Counted from the stretch's first letter, positions 1 through 9,597 are shown. The stretch: 64,000 bases of DNA from an uncultured Chitinophaga sp. (GCA_964560445.1 CAZLLT010000007.1:20255-84254), one strand, 5' to 3'. The notes: generated by a model not told the origin, from the letters alone. A program made the numbers and translations.

Positions 1-102
1 ACTTACATTGTTGGGGCATGGTTTGTTCTTTGCTTTGCTATTAATGGATGGTTTATAGTGCAGCACCGGAAAGAAGATAAAATTGTAGCAGCAACTGCAT
101 AG
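1..102 (+). CDS. C-terminal end of a membrane protein (partial, runs in from the left edge)
   Basis: Frame 1 is open from base 1 to TAG at 100-102 and reads TYIVGAWFVLCFAINGWFIVQHRKEDKIVAATA, a hydrophobic helix plus a charged tail. Confidence 0.5.
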   Translation, partial: TYIVGAWFVLCFAINGWFIVQHRKEDKIVAATA

Positions 103-340
103 TCTTGTGGCAGCTTATTAAAACATTTCATGTCATTAAAAATTGATTGGTAAGGTCGGGTGGATTGTCCTAACGACAATACAAAATGTATAATACTAAA
201 GCATTGATTTTCAAGAATTGCTTTTTTTGTATTCTTGCGTCTTATAGCATAAACTTACGTGTTACCGGCAACCCTAAAACGACACAGCCGACAACTAACA
301 GGCATTGATTAACTTTAAAAAGAATATAAAACACATAAGG

Positions 341-1081
341 ATGATACAAAAAATAGACAAAAGCAACGTCCTTGGAAATGGACCTATTACCATTTTATAT
401 CCGGGAACTGCCGTGTCAAAAGAAGACACTGGCATTGGTAGCATTGGCAGAATTGACTATGCCGATTTTGTAAGAAACACTACCATCAAAATGCATCCTC
501 ACATCAACGATGAAATTGTTTCTTATTTCAGAAGTGGCATTTCAGAACACCGGGATTCCGAAGGCATCGTGGAAAACATCAGTAAAAACAAGTTGATGCT
601 TATGAAAGCTGGAAAATCTTTTTATCACGAAGAAAAAATTTCTGGTGCAGAAGAACCTCTACAAGGCTTGCAAATATTTATCCGTCCCGGAGTGAAGGAC
701 TTGGAACCCAAAGTGGTTTTCAAAGATTTGGAAAACATTCACAGCGAAAATGAATGGCGTCTGTTGGCATCACCCACCACCGAAACTGAATTTGAGTTCA
801 GCAGTCAATCCTGGTTGTACGATATGAAACTCCTGGGCAACAATACTACCGCTTTACCTGAATTGGCAAGAGCGGGATTGACTTGTTTGTTGTATGTTTT
901 CAAAGGGCAAGTAACCGTGAATGATTCCATACCTATGGAAAAGAAAGACAGTTTGCTGATAAAAGATGAGCCCGTTACCATAAAAGCCGATACGGACGCA
1001 GAATTGGTTTTGTTTGTAACGGACGAAAATGCAGAAATTTTTAAGGAAGGAATGTATAGCGGAAATCAATTTAAACTTTAA
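341..1081 (+). CDS. Pirin family protein (bicupin)
   Basis: Pirin metal-binding pattern MHPH...HRDS...H.E and GLQIFI. ATG at 341 preferred over TTG at 305. Confidence 0.8.
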   Translation: MIQKIDKSNVLGNGPITILYPGTAVSKEDTGIGSIGRIDYADFVRNTTIKMHPHINDEIVSYFRSGISEHRDSEGIVENISKNKLMLMKAGKSFYHEEKISGAEEPLQGLQIFIRPGVKDLEPKVVFKDLENIHSENEWRLLASPTTETEFEFSSQSWLYDMKLLGNNTTALPELARAGLTCLLYVFKGQVTVNDSIPMEKKDSLLIKDEPVTIKADTDAELVLFVTDENAEIFKEGMYSGNQFKL

Positions 1082-1101
1082 TAACCAAAGACCATAAAAT
1101 C

Positions 1102-1515
1102 ATGAAAATAGATCAATTAAGAACCGTGACCATTTCAGATACTGCTTTGGAATGGTTTAAAACAAAATATACCGCAGCCAATTCTTTTGATGCGGAAGGA
1201 TACCGTAAATTTTTGTCGGAAGATTGTCAACTGCAATTTGGAAACAATCCGATTGTAGGTTGCAACAACGAAATTATAGGCGGGTTAAAAAGTTTTTGGG
1301 AAACTATCAATGGGATGAACCATTCCTTTATCAACATTATAGGAACGGATAATTATTTTGTAGCCGAAGCGATAGTCGGCTATACCCGAAAAGACAATAA
1401 ACTGGTACAAATTCCTGCTGCTACAATTATAGAACGCAATGCAGGAGGGTTGGTTACGAGTATGAGGATTTTTATAGATATTACCCCTATTTATCATCAT
1501 CTGCCAACAAGATAG
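1102..1515 (+). CDS. Nuclear transport factor 2 / SnoaL-like protein
   Basis: 137 aa; pattern Y.AA.SFDAEGY..FLSEDC.LQFGNNP..G...I typical of SnoaL/NTF2 folds. Confidence 0.7.
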   Translation: MKIDQLRTVTISDTALEWFKTKYTAANSFDAEGYRKFLSEDCQLQFGNNPIVGCNNEIIGGLKSFWETINGMNHSFINIIGTDNYFVAEAIVGYTRKDNKLVQIPAATIIERNAGGLVTSMRIFIDITPIYHHLPTR

Positions 1516-1519
1516 TGCA

Positions 1520-1548
1520 GCCGGTAACAGCGGTCAATGTTGCACAAC
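1520..1548 (+). repeat. 29-nt post-stop repeat, copy 1 (attC inverse-core-like)
   Basis: gccggtaacagcggtcaatgttgcacaac begins 5 nt after the stop; 24/29 identical to 2207-2235. Confidence 0.6.
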
Positions 1549-1690
1549 CCTATTAAAAATTGATACATAAGTGAACTCCTGCTTCAGCTGGATGAACAAT
1601 TAATTCCCAACCTTCGCAAATATTCGAACATTGCAGGCAACCCAAAAGCAGCGTTTTCGTCATTCTAATTGTCAACATAAAAAAAGGTTC

Positions 1691-2200
1691 ATGAAAAGAC
1701 TATTCGGGCTTTATATAATTGCAACTTTATTTTTTAGTTGCCATAAAGACAATGCAACGCAAACAGGTTGTAATATGCAGCAAGTTTATGCAGACAATGC
1801 AAACAAGGTTACAATTACAAATGGCATTTGGGGGACAGTTTCTTCTATGGAAGGAGACTGTATGCCGACAGTACCGCCTTCAAATAGTAGTTGCAAAAAT
1901 TGTCCCGTACAAAGAACAATAAAAATCTATCAATATACGCTATTAAGTGATGCAATACCTTCCGGTAATTCATCAGTATTTTTTGACAGTTTTAATACCC
2001 CACTTGTTACACAAACTGATACAGATGAAAATGGCTTTTTTCAAGTTGACATTCCCGCTGGACACTACTCAATTGTAGTTGTAGAGAATGGCAAATTATA
2101 TGCAAATGGGTTAGACGGACAAGGCGGACTATGTCCATTTGCCTTTACGAGTGGGAAGCAAAATGTAAATATTGTTATGACATATAAAGCAGTATTCTAA
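1691..2200 (+). CDS. Hypothetical lipoprotein with a prealbumin/carboxypeptidase-regulatory-like beta-sandwich
   Basis: Lipobox LFFSC after MKRLFGLY; C-terminal T.TDENGFFQVDIPAGHYSI motif; Cys-rich. Confidence 0.7.
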   Translation: MKRLFGLYIIATLFFSCHKDNATQTGCNMQQVYADNANKVTITNGIWGTVSSMEGDCMPTVPPSNSSCKNCPVQRTIKIYQYTLLSDAIPSGNSSVFFDSFNTPLVTQTDTDENGFFQVDIPAGHYSIVVVENGKLYANGLDGQGGLCPFAFTSGKQNVNIVMTYKAVF

Positions 2201-2206
2201 AACCGA

Positions 2207-2235
2207 GCCGCCAACAAGGGTCAATGTTGCACGAC
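2207..2235 (+). repeat. 29-nt post-stop repeat, copy 2
   Basis: gccgccaacaagggtcaatgttgcacgac begins 7 nt after the stop; shares the core ggtcaatgttgcac with copy 1. Confidence 0.6.
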
Positions 2236-2269
2236 TTCCGCCGCCCCGGTTCGTGCCCGTAAAAAGGTT

Positions 2270-2299
2270 GCCCCGATGTGTAGAGACACACATCGGGGC
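2270..2299. repeat. Perfect 12-bp hairpin (REP-like or terminator)
   Basis: gccccgatgtgt-agagac-acacatcggggc, lying between convergent genes. Confidence 0.6.
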
Positions 2300-2533
2300 T
2301 GCAGAAAGAAAAAACTCACTTCCCCAAACAGCTCTCCAAACTCTCCTTCCACCCTTTCATTTTAATACCAAATGTTTCCTGAATTTTTGTTGTGTCCGTC
2401 GCGGCTCATGACAGTAACCAGTAAAAAAAATGCCCCGCTGCGTAGGCTGTCCCGCTGCAACTACATAATATTTTATATACAACATCAGTTTAGCACTAAG
2501 TACATATCGTTGAAGTTTACTTCAAATACAGTC

Positions 2534-3223
2534 TCACACCCTCTTCACCAAATCAATAAACAATTCCCTTCTTACCCGGAAGCCGATGGATTCATACAAT
2601 TGAATAGCAGTAGTATTGGTGTTCAGCACATGCAGAAAAGGAATAAAAGAATTGTCCACTATCAGCTTCATTACATGCAGCATCACTGCCCTGGCATAAC
2701 CTTTTCCCCTGAAATCGGGATAGGTGCAAACGGCGCTTACCTCTAAATAGGGTACGGGGTGCATACGCTGCCCCGCCATTGCCGCCAGCCTGCCATCCAC
2801 AAATATTCCGAAATAGTTGCCGAACAGGATAGTGTTTTGTAAGAAAGGGCCGGGCCTTGTCAGCGCTGTTAACTCCAGCATCTGCGGTATATGCTCGTTG
2901 CCCAGCGGTTCTATCAAGGCGCTTTGCGGAGTGGTAAAAGAAGATACCGGGGCTTCGTAAACCATCTGGCAACAAGGATACTGCAAGACCGGTTTCCATT
3001 TGTTCTCATCCAACTGTGTCCTGCCAGGAAAAGAAAGGGCAACGATACTGTCTTTCGGTAAACCAGCATACAGCCGGTCAAGGTTTTCTTCGTTCATTTC
3101 CTTCATCCCCGCAAAAGGCGCAATGTCCGGCCGGAAGCGGCCTACCTTTCCTTCCACCAAAGCTATATCCCTGTTGCCAGTGGTAATAGCGTTCCATACC
3201 ATGTTATCCAGAACATGTGCCAT
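2534..3223 (-). CDS. GNAT family N-acetyltransferase (FR47-like)
   Basis: LDN.VWNA N-terminus; EVSAVCTYPDFRGKGYA acetyl-CoA motif A; N..AIQLYESIGF. Confidence 0.9.
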   Translation of the reverse strand: MAHVLDNMVWNAITTGNRDIALVEGKVGRFRPDIAPFAGMKEMNEENLDRLYAGLPKDSIVALSFPGRTQLDENKWKPVLQYPCCQMVYEAPVSSFTTPQSALIEPLGNEHIPQMLELTALTRPGPFLQNTILFGNYFGIFVDGRLAAMAGQRMHPVPYLEVSAVCTYPDFRGKGYARAVMLHVMKLIVDNSFIPFLHVLNTNTTAIQLYESIGFRVRRELFIDLVKRV

Positions 3224-3330
3224 ACTATTGCTTTATCAATTGGAAGCGCAACTTAACTATAAAACCTGTCTGTAAAAAGTAGTAGCCACAGCCGGTTGCA
3301 GGGCGGCCTGAAATTACCCCGCCCCATAAA

Positions 3331-3377
3331 TACCCATTACCACGCATAGTAATACCCGATTTATTGATTATTTTTCG
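3331..3377 (+). promoter_or_regulatory. Putative 7-2-7 box plus -7-like element for the caspase-TPR gene
   Basis: TACCCAT-TA-CCACGCA (3331-3346), a 23-nt gap, then ATTTTTCG (3370-3377) just before ATG 3380. Further TACCC half-sites at 3315 and 3353. Confidence 0.4.
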
Positions 3378-3379
3378 GC

Positions 3380-6300
3380 ATGTTTTGTACGTTACGGAAA
3401 CTAATTACACCGCTTGCCCTCCTGCTCACCACCACTTTACAGGCGCAGACAACGGCCTTTGAGCCGTATAAAACCGATGAGTTCTTTTACCAGATAAACA
3501 AGGTAAACAGGGTAAACCCTGATTCGGCCATCGTTACCGTTAGCTATGGCAAAAAAGACGGCCTGTTTATGGGCGCTGCAGGCAATATAATGACTTCGCA
3601 CAATGCCGGGGCCAAAAGCGGCAGGGAAAATGTGGCCTATATCGGCAACGCCACCATTATTGACATTACCGACACATCCGCCACCGCTTCCGTAAAAATT
3701 TACAAGAAGAATGCCGGCGTAGAGCTATTGCCCAAAGACCTGCTGGCTATAGAAGTGCACCCGGTTACCGGCCTTGATGCGGACAGGGATTTTTTCCATT
3801 CGCTTGCCCGGAAAGACATCCTCTTTCTTGATAATAACCGAAAAGAAATTAAAACCAAACGCCAGCAGTTGCTCAATGCCAACCCGGGCTTTACGAAAGC
3901 ATTGCTGAAAGACTATGCCCAGGAAATACGGGATTTTTATCCCCTCTTAAAAGATTTTCTTGATTCCAGTTTCCTGGCCCCTTATACCAAAGGCCCGTAC
4001 AAAGGCCGCAATATGTACGACGTATTTAAAGATGCAGACGAGTATGACCTGCGCAGTTTCTTTCATTTTGTAAATAAATTTCCCGGCAAATACATGGGCG
4101 GCACCTGGAAGATCAACGAAACCTTTGCTACCTGGGTGCTGAACAATGCCCCTCCGGGCGGCAATGAAAGGGAATGGGTAATACCTGCGCTGATGGCCAT
4201 GCCTGAAAAAGATATTCCCGCTTTTGTGCAAAAGCACCGTTTCTTTATTGAATCAGACACCCTTTCTATCTGGGGCAGTCAAATATGGGATTTGCAAAGC
4301 GGCCATAAGGAAGAAGCGGCTTTTTCCCTTTGCAACAAGTTGCTACAGGTAGCACAGCTATTGAAAGATAAAAATGCGGAAAATGAATTTTATTATACCC
4401 GTTCGCAATTACTGGATGCCGGCGGCAAAACAAAAGAGGGGCTGGCCGATGCGCTGCGGGTCTACGAAGCAGACAAAACAAATATCAACTATCTATACAA
4501 CCTTGGCAACATGTATGGCAAGCTGGAAGACTTCGATAAATGCTTTACTCTCTATGATGAAATGATGAAGCTGCTGCCGGGCAATGAAACGATAATGGGC
4601 AACTACGGCTGGTATAAGATTACTGCCGGGCAAATTGATGACGCCATCCCTCTTTGCAAAGCCGCTTATGAACGCAACCCCGGCAATGTGGCTTATGCAG
4701 TAAACTATGGTCATACTTTTTTATTAAAAGGAAATACGGACAGCGCCAGGTATTATTACCAGAAAACACTGGAAAATATTTCCACTCCCACTGATTATAC
4801 AGTTGGCCCCAGAACAGATTTTGACCTTTTCTTTAAAAAAGGATGGAACCGCAAAGGAGCCGCTGAAATGGCCGATTGGATGGATAAGGAATTCAACGAA
4901 AAATATTACGCTGTTACCAATGGCAACGACCTGTGGAACGAAGCGAAAAAGAATTATAACGATAAAAACTATCCGCAGGCAGTCAGCAAATGGAGAGAAT
5001 ATATTGCCGGGTACAATGCTTCCCGTGAGCCGAATGCACTCTACATTCACAACGCTTTTACCTGGATAGGTTCTTCATACGATAAGTTTAAGAACCATGA
5101 CAGCGCCTTTGTGTATTACGACTCGGCCAGGAAAATAGCACAGAATGTACTGGTGCATGAACGCAACCTGAATACCACCAAAAGCAACGACCACTTAGTG
5201 AATGATTATGAAAGATTGTACAATCATTTCCTTACAAGTGGCAATATTGCCGAAGCCGAACGCTATAAAATGCTGTACGATGCGGAAGCGGAAAAGGTAA
5301 CCGAACTGTTTGCCAACCCGGCGCTGCACCTGATTGTGCTGAGTGCAGAAGGCGCCGCCCGGAACAAAAAATCGGCCACCGCTTTTTATGAAAATTTTGC
5401 CCAATTAAGAAAAGAAAACAAAGAAGGTTACAAAATACAGGTAAGCGGCGCTTCATTAAACAGGGACAAGCTGATGGCCATTATAGAAGAAGCGAGGAGA
5501 AAATCAAAGCCGGAAGATATTTTTGTGTTCTATTACGCCGGGGCAATACAAACAGACAATACCGGCTCTTATATCCGCTTCAATGAAAAAGATACACTGA
5601 ATGGCAGCATCTCCATTACCGAGTTGATGGACAACCTTGACTTTGTATATGCCCATAAAAAAATGATTATTACCGACCAGCCCTCCGCCCCGCTGCTGTC
5701 GCTGGTTACCAGCCGCTATATCAATGCGGGCCGCAATGCCTCCGAAGTAATCTATCTCTCCCCCGGCACGGAAACACCGGTGCAGGAAAACGGCGCTTCC
5801 CTTTTTACAACACAGCTTGTGAGCACCTTGAATGAATTAAAGCAAAACGAAAAATTCTCTGCCAAAGATTTTGTTGACAAAGCATCTTTCACACTGGGAA
5901 GAGGGCAGTATTATTTCCCTGTACTCTCCTTCAGCTTCGGTAAAGATTTTCTGCTGTATGAAACCACTGCAACCGCTACCGGCGATTCATTGACTATCAC
6001 CCGTGGCTTGAAGCCCACGGCACAGGCCCCGCGGGATGCCGATGCTGTAACCGGGCCACAAAAAAATTATGCCCTGCTGTTTGCAACAGATATTTATAAA
6101 GATGCCGGATTTGATAAACTGTCCAACCCCATCTATGATGCCTCAACCATGGCCCGTTTGTTACAGGAAGATTTCGGCTTTGAAGTAACTCTTGTAAAAA
6201 ACCCCACATTGGATGAGATAGAATCTGCCCTCAGCCGCTTCCGGGATGAAAAAAATTACGGATCCAACGACCAACTGTTTATTTTCTTTGCCGGGCATGG

Positions 6301-6844
6301 ATTGTATGATGAACGTTCAAAGATGGGCTACCTGGTAGCCACTGATTCAAAAGTGAACGACCCGAATTATAAAACCTATCTCTCCTACAGCGACCTTGGC
6401 AATAAATACCTGAAGAATATCAGTTGCAACCGCATCTTCCTTACTTTGGACGCCTGCTTTGCCGGCTCCTTCTTCGATAATAACACCGTAAGAGGAACCA
6501 TACAGGAGGCCAATGCCAAAAACCTGGCTGCGTTGCAACGCATGGCTTCCAACCAGCATTTCTATAAAGGCATCTCCTCCGGTGCCAAGCAATACGTAGA
6601 AGACGGAAAGCCCGGGCAACATTCACCTTTTGCTTCCAAATTCCTAAGCACTTTATGGAATAAAGCGATGAACAAAAGTTTTGTAACGGCTGATGAAATT
6701 ATTGCCGAGATAAAAAGCAACCCGCCCGGAGCCACGGCTATTTGTGAAGGTAATTTCCATTACAGCGACCCCTTCAGCCATTTCATATTCGAACTGAAGG
6801 ATACACAGAAAAAACCGGATATTAAAACGAAGGTGCTGAATTAG
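3380..6844 (+). CDS. Secreted TPR protein with a degenerate caspase-like domain and a C-terminal active caspase (peptidase C14) domain
   Basis: Signal peptide ending LQA-Q; TPRs (YLYNLGNMYGKLEDFDKC...). The C-terminal domain has FFAGHG and LTLDACFAG (His/Cys dyad); the middle domain has YYAGAI and ITDQPS at the equivalent positions. Confidence 0.85.
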   Translation: MFCTLRKLITPLALLLTTTLQAQTTAFEPYKTDEFFYQINKVNRVNPDSAIVTVSYGKKDGLFMGAAGNIMTSHNAGAKSGRENVAYIGNATIIDITDTSATASVKIYKKNAGVELLPKDLLAIEVHPVTGLDADRDFFHSLARKDILFLDNNRKEIKTKRQQLLNANPGFTKALLKDYAQEIRDFYPLLKDFLDSSFLAPYTKGPYKGRNMYDVFKDADEYDLRSFFHFVNKFPGKYMGGTWKINETFATWVLNNAPPGGNEREWVIPALMAMPEKDIPAFVQKHRFFIESDTLSIWGSQIWDLQSGHKEEAAFSLCNKLLQVAQLLKDKNAENEFYYTRSQLLDAGGKTKEGLADALRVYEADKTNINYLYNLGNMYGKLEDFDKCFTLYDEMMKLLPGNETIMGNYGWYKITAGQIDDAIPLCKAAYERNPGNVAYAVNYGHTFLLKGNTDSARYYYQKTLENISTPTDYTVGPRTDFDLFFKKGWNRKGAAEMADWMDKEFNEKYYAVTNGNDLWNEAKKNYNDKNYPQAVSKWREYIAGYNASREPNALYIHNAFTWIGSSYDKFKNHDSAFVYYDSARKIAQNVLVHERNLNTTKSNDHLVNDYERLYNHFLTSGNIAEAERYKMLYDAEAEKVTELFANPALHLIVLSAEGAARNKKSATAFYENFAQLRKENKEGYKIQVSGASLNRDKLMAIIEEARRKSKPEDIFVFYYAGAIQTDNTGSYIRFNEKDTLNGSISITELMDNLDFVYAHKKMIITDQPSAPLLSLVTSRYINAGRNASEVIYLSPGTETPVQENGASLFTTQLVSTLNELKQNEKFSAKDFVDKASFTLGRGQYYFPVLSFSFGKDFLLYETTATATGDSLTITRGLKPTAQAPRDADAVTGPQKNYALLFATDIYKDAGFDKLSNPIYDASTMARLLQEDFGFEVTLVKNPTLDEIESALSRFRDEKNYGSNDQLFIFFAGHGLYDERSKMGYLVATDSKVNDPNYKTYLSYSDLGNKYLKNISCNRIFLTLDACFAGSFFDNNTVRGTIQEANAKNLAALQRMASNQHFYKGISSGAKQYVEDGKPGQHSPFASKFLSTLWNKAMNKSFVTADEIIAEIKSNPPGATAICEGNFHYSDPFSHFIFELKDTQKKPDIKTKVLN

Positions 6845-6877
6845 GTTATAAGCAGAAAGCGGAATACGGAAGCCAAC

Positions 6878-8350
6878 TTACTTTTTCAATTCATCATTCA
6901 CCGTACGCCATATTCCCAGCGGGTTTTCATCTTTCAGTTCATCGGGCAACAAGTCATTGCTCCAGTTCTGAAAGGCAAGCGGTCTTGCAAAACGCTTGAT
7001 AGCATCAGCGCCAACAGCGCCAAACCTGGAATCGGTGGTGGCAGGAAAAGGTCCGCCGTGCTGCATACCCAGGCAAACTTCAACACCTGTTGGCACGCCG
7101 TTGATAATAAAACGTCCGCAAATATTTTTTACGGCTTCCACTAATTCGGTATTAGCTTTTATATCTTCTTCCGTTGCCATTAAAGTAGCCGTAAGCTGCC
7201 CTTCGATTTTTTCTGTTACTGCCAGCATTTCGCTTGCATCTTTACACCGTACAATAAGCGAAAAAGGCCCGAACACTTCCTGGTGCAGCACCGGGTTATT
7301 GATAAATGCCTGGCCACTTGCCAAAGCAATGGTAGCCGCCCCCTGTCCTTCCGATGCAGCCACTTGGGCAACCGCCACTGTTTCCACCTCCGGTTGTGCA
7401 AGAGAGGATGCTTTCTTCTCTGTATAATTTTTATAAATACCCGGGTGCAGCATGGCGGCCGGGGCAATCTTCCTTATTTCTTCGCCCAATACATTGATGA
7501 AAGTTTGCAGGTCATCATTATCAACGGCAATCAATAAGCCGGGATTGGTGCAAAACTGTCCTACGCCCAATGTGATGGAGCCTGCATATTGCTTTGCCAC
7601 ATCTGCTGCGGCAGCTTTCAGCTTTCCGGGTAGTAAAAAAACCGGGTTGATGCTGCTCATCTCGGCAAAAACGGGAATCGGTTCTTTGCGTTGATTGGCC
7701 CAATCGAATAATTGTTTTCCCCCGGAAAAGGAGCCGGTAAAGCCCACTGCTTTGGTATAAGGATGCTCCACCAAAGCTTTCCCTACATTAAACGAAACAC
7801 CGTGTACATGGGTAAATACTCCTTCAGGCATATTGCAATCAGCCGCTGCTTTCAGTATGGCTTTTGCCATCAGTTCACTCGTTGCAGCATGGGCAGGATG
7901 TGCTTTTACAATTACCGGGCAACCGGCCGCAAAAGCGGAAGCCGTATCCCCGCCCGCAGTAGAATAAGCAAAAGGGAAATTGGCGGCGCCGAATACGACT
8001 ACCGGGCCAAGCGGCACCAGCATTTTTCTTATATCAGGTTTGGGAGGGGTTTTATCCGGTATCGCCGTATCAATCCTTGCTTCCAGCCAGTCGCCCCGTT
8101 CACAGGCAGCGGCATAAGAAGTCAACTGAAACATGGTTCTTGCCCTTTCATTCCGCAACCTTGCTTCGGGCAGGTTGGTTTCCCTTCCGGCGACCTGCAG
8201 GAGTTCATCACCCAATGCTTCTATTTCCCTGGCTACGGTACACATAAAATCAGCCCGTTGCTTCAGGAAAAGTCGGCGATAAGCATAAAAAGCTTTCCAT
8301 GCCCGTCTCATCACCCCGTTTATTTCGTCAACTGTTGTATCGTTAAACAT
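6878..8350 (-). CDS. NADP-dependent aldehyde dehydrogenase (alpha-ketoglutaric semialdehyde dehydrogenase type)
   Basis: VFGAANFPFAYSTAGGDTASA, FAEMSSINP, GQFCTNPG and HQEVFGP motifs. Confidence 0.9.
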   Translation of the reverse strand: MFNDTTVDEINGVMRRAWKAFYAYRRLFLKQRADFMCTVAREIEALGDELLQVAGRETNLPEARLRNERARTMFQLTSYAAACERGDWLEARIDTAIPDKTPPKPDIRKMLVPLGPVVVFGAANFPFAYSTAGGDTASAFAAGCPVIVKAHPAHAATSELMAKAILKAAADCNMPEGVFTHVHGVSFNVGKALVEHPYTKAVGFTGSFSGGKQLFDWANQRKEPIPVFAEMSSINPVFLLPGKLKAAAADVAKQYAGSITLGVGQFCTNPGLLIAVDNDDLQTFINVLGEEIRKIAPAAMLHPGIYKNYTEKKASSLAQPEVETVAVAQVAASEGQGAATIALASGQAFINNPVLHQEVFGPFSLIVRCKDASEMLAVTEKIEGQLTATLMATEEDIKANTELVEAVKNICGRFIINGVPTGVEVCLGMQHGGPFPATTDSRFGAVGADAIKRFARPLAFQNWSNDLLPDELKDENPLGIWRTVNDELKK

Positions 8351-8364
8351 TGAATACTGTTTGA

Positions 8365-9264
8365 TTATTGAATAGCCGGTCTTGCCGCAATGCCGTTACT
8401 AATGATTTTAAGCACTCTTTCTCTTTCCTCTCCTTCCAATACAAGCCTCGGCGCCCTTACATACTCGCTTCCGATGCCTGCCTGCGCTTCAGCTAATTTG
8501 ATATACTGCACCAATTTGGGATGAATATCCAGTTCCAGCAATGGCATAAACCAGCGGTATATTTTTGCTGCTTCAGCAATCTTATTGGCCTTTACCAAAT
8601 TATAAATAGCTGTTGTTTCATGGGGAAAAGCGCAAACCAATCCTGCCACCCAGCCGTCAGCGCCAAGGCAAAGCTCTTCCATAGCCAATGTATCCACGCC
8701 GCAAAGGATTTTAAACCGGTCGCCAAAGCGGTTCCTCATTCTCGTTACGTTAGTAACATCTCTTGTGCTTTCTTTTACAGCGGTGATATTAGCAGCCGCC
8801 TGCAAATCGTCAAACATATCCAGGGTAACTTCTGTTTTATAATCTACAGGGTTATTATAGATCATAACCGGCAGGTCGGTAGAAGCTGCAATCGTTTTAA
8901 AATAGGTTACCGTTTCCCTATGGTCGCTTTTATAGCGCATAGGCGGCAACAGCATCAGGCCCTCTGCGCCCCATTGTTTTGCAAGCGCCGCCTGTCTTAA
9001 TGCCTCTTTGGTGCTGCCTTCAGCTATATTGATTATTACCGGCGCTTTCCCTTCCACTTTTTCAATGGCAAACCTTACCAGCGTTTCTTTTTCTTCTGTA
9101 CTGAGCACACTGGCTTCACCTAAGGTGCCGCCGAGTATAATACCTTCAACGCCCGCCTCTAACTGCACTTCAAGGTTTTTATGAAACAAAGGTAAATCCA
9201 GTTCATCGGCTGATGTAAATTTGGTGGTCAGCGCCGGGAAAACCCCTTTCCATTCAAATGACAT
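8365..9264 (-). CDS. Dihydrodipicolinate synthase family protein (likely pyrroline-4-hydroxy-2-carboxylate deaminase type)
   Basis: GTLGEAS, MIYNNPVDY, VKES and G..GWVAGLV motifs; adjacency to a KGSADH-like ALDH supports hydroxyproline catabolism. Confidence 0.8.
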   Translation of the reverse strand: MSFEWKGVFPALTTKFTSADELDLPLFHKNLEVQLEAGVEGIILGGTLGEASVLSTEEKETLVRFAIEKVEGKAPVIINIAEGSTKEALRQAALAKQWGAEGLMLLPPMRYKSDHRETVTYFKTIAASTDLPVMIYNNPVDYKTEVTLDMFDDLQAAANITAVKESTRDVTNVTRMRNRFGDRFKILCGVDTLAMEELCLGADGWVAGLVCAFPHETTAIYNLVKANKIAEAAKIYRWFMPLLELDIHPKLVQYIKLAEAQAGIGSEYVRAPRLVLEGEERERVLKIISNGIAARPAIQ

Positions 9265-9469
9265 AATATACGTTTTAGTTGGGGCACTAAGTTAGGTAAA
9301 TACTCAACAGGCTGAAAACCCAAATACTGTTCCGGCGCATCAATTAAAGCAATAAACTTACAGGTTACTCCCACTGGCAACCACATAGAAAATAAATAGT
9401 TGCCCCTGTAGCTATCAACAAGCCCGCATTTATAACAATATAGCAACCTTTATATAGCATAAAATTACA

Positions 9470-9477
9470 TATCTTTG
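9470..9477 (+). promoter_or_regulatory. Bacteroidota -7 promoter box
   Basis: TATCTTTG, an exact TAnnTTTG match about 270 nt upstream of the GreA-like gene. Confidence 0.55.
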
Positions 9478-9495
9478 CTCCTTTATCATATTTAC

Positions 9496-9597
9496 ATGCT
9501 ACCACGTCTGCATATATTATTACTGGGTAAGGCAAAGCACAATTGCCGTATCCATCTATTCCTGTTACTTCTTCAGTTCCGGGCCTTTATTAACTAA
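9496..9597 (+). CDS. Candidate Leu-rich leader peptide (33 aa)
   Basis: MLPRLHILLLGKAKHNCRIHLFLLLLQFRAFIN starts about 18 nt after the -7 box; a hairpin follows the stop directly. Confidence 0.3.
   Translation: MLPRLHILLLGKAKHNCRIHLFLLLLQFRAFIN

Noticed and set aside
1533-1548. ggtcaatgttgcac as the terminal inverted repeat of an intact IS
   Set aside because: No transposase, no convincing inverted partner and no target duplication; the sequences following the two copies differ.
2372-2746. 124-aa plus-strand ORF
   Set aside because: It overlaps the GNAT gene antisense and starts in repeat-like DNA; the composition is not protein-like.
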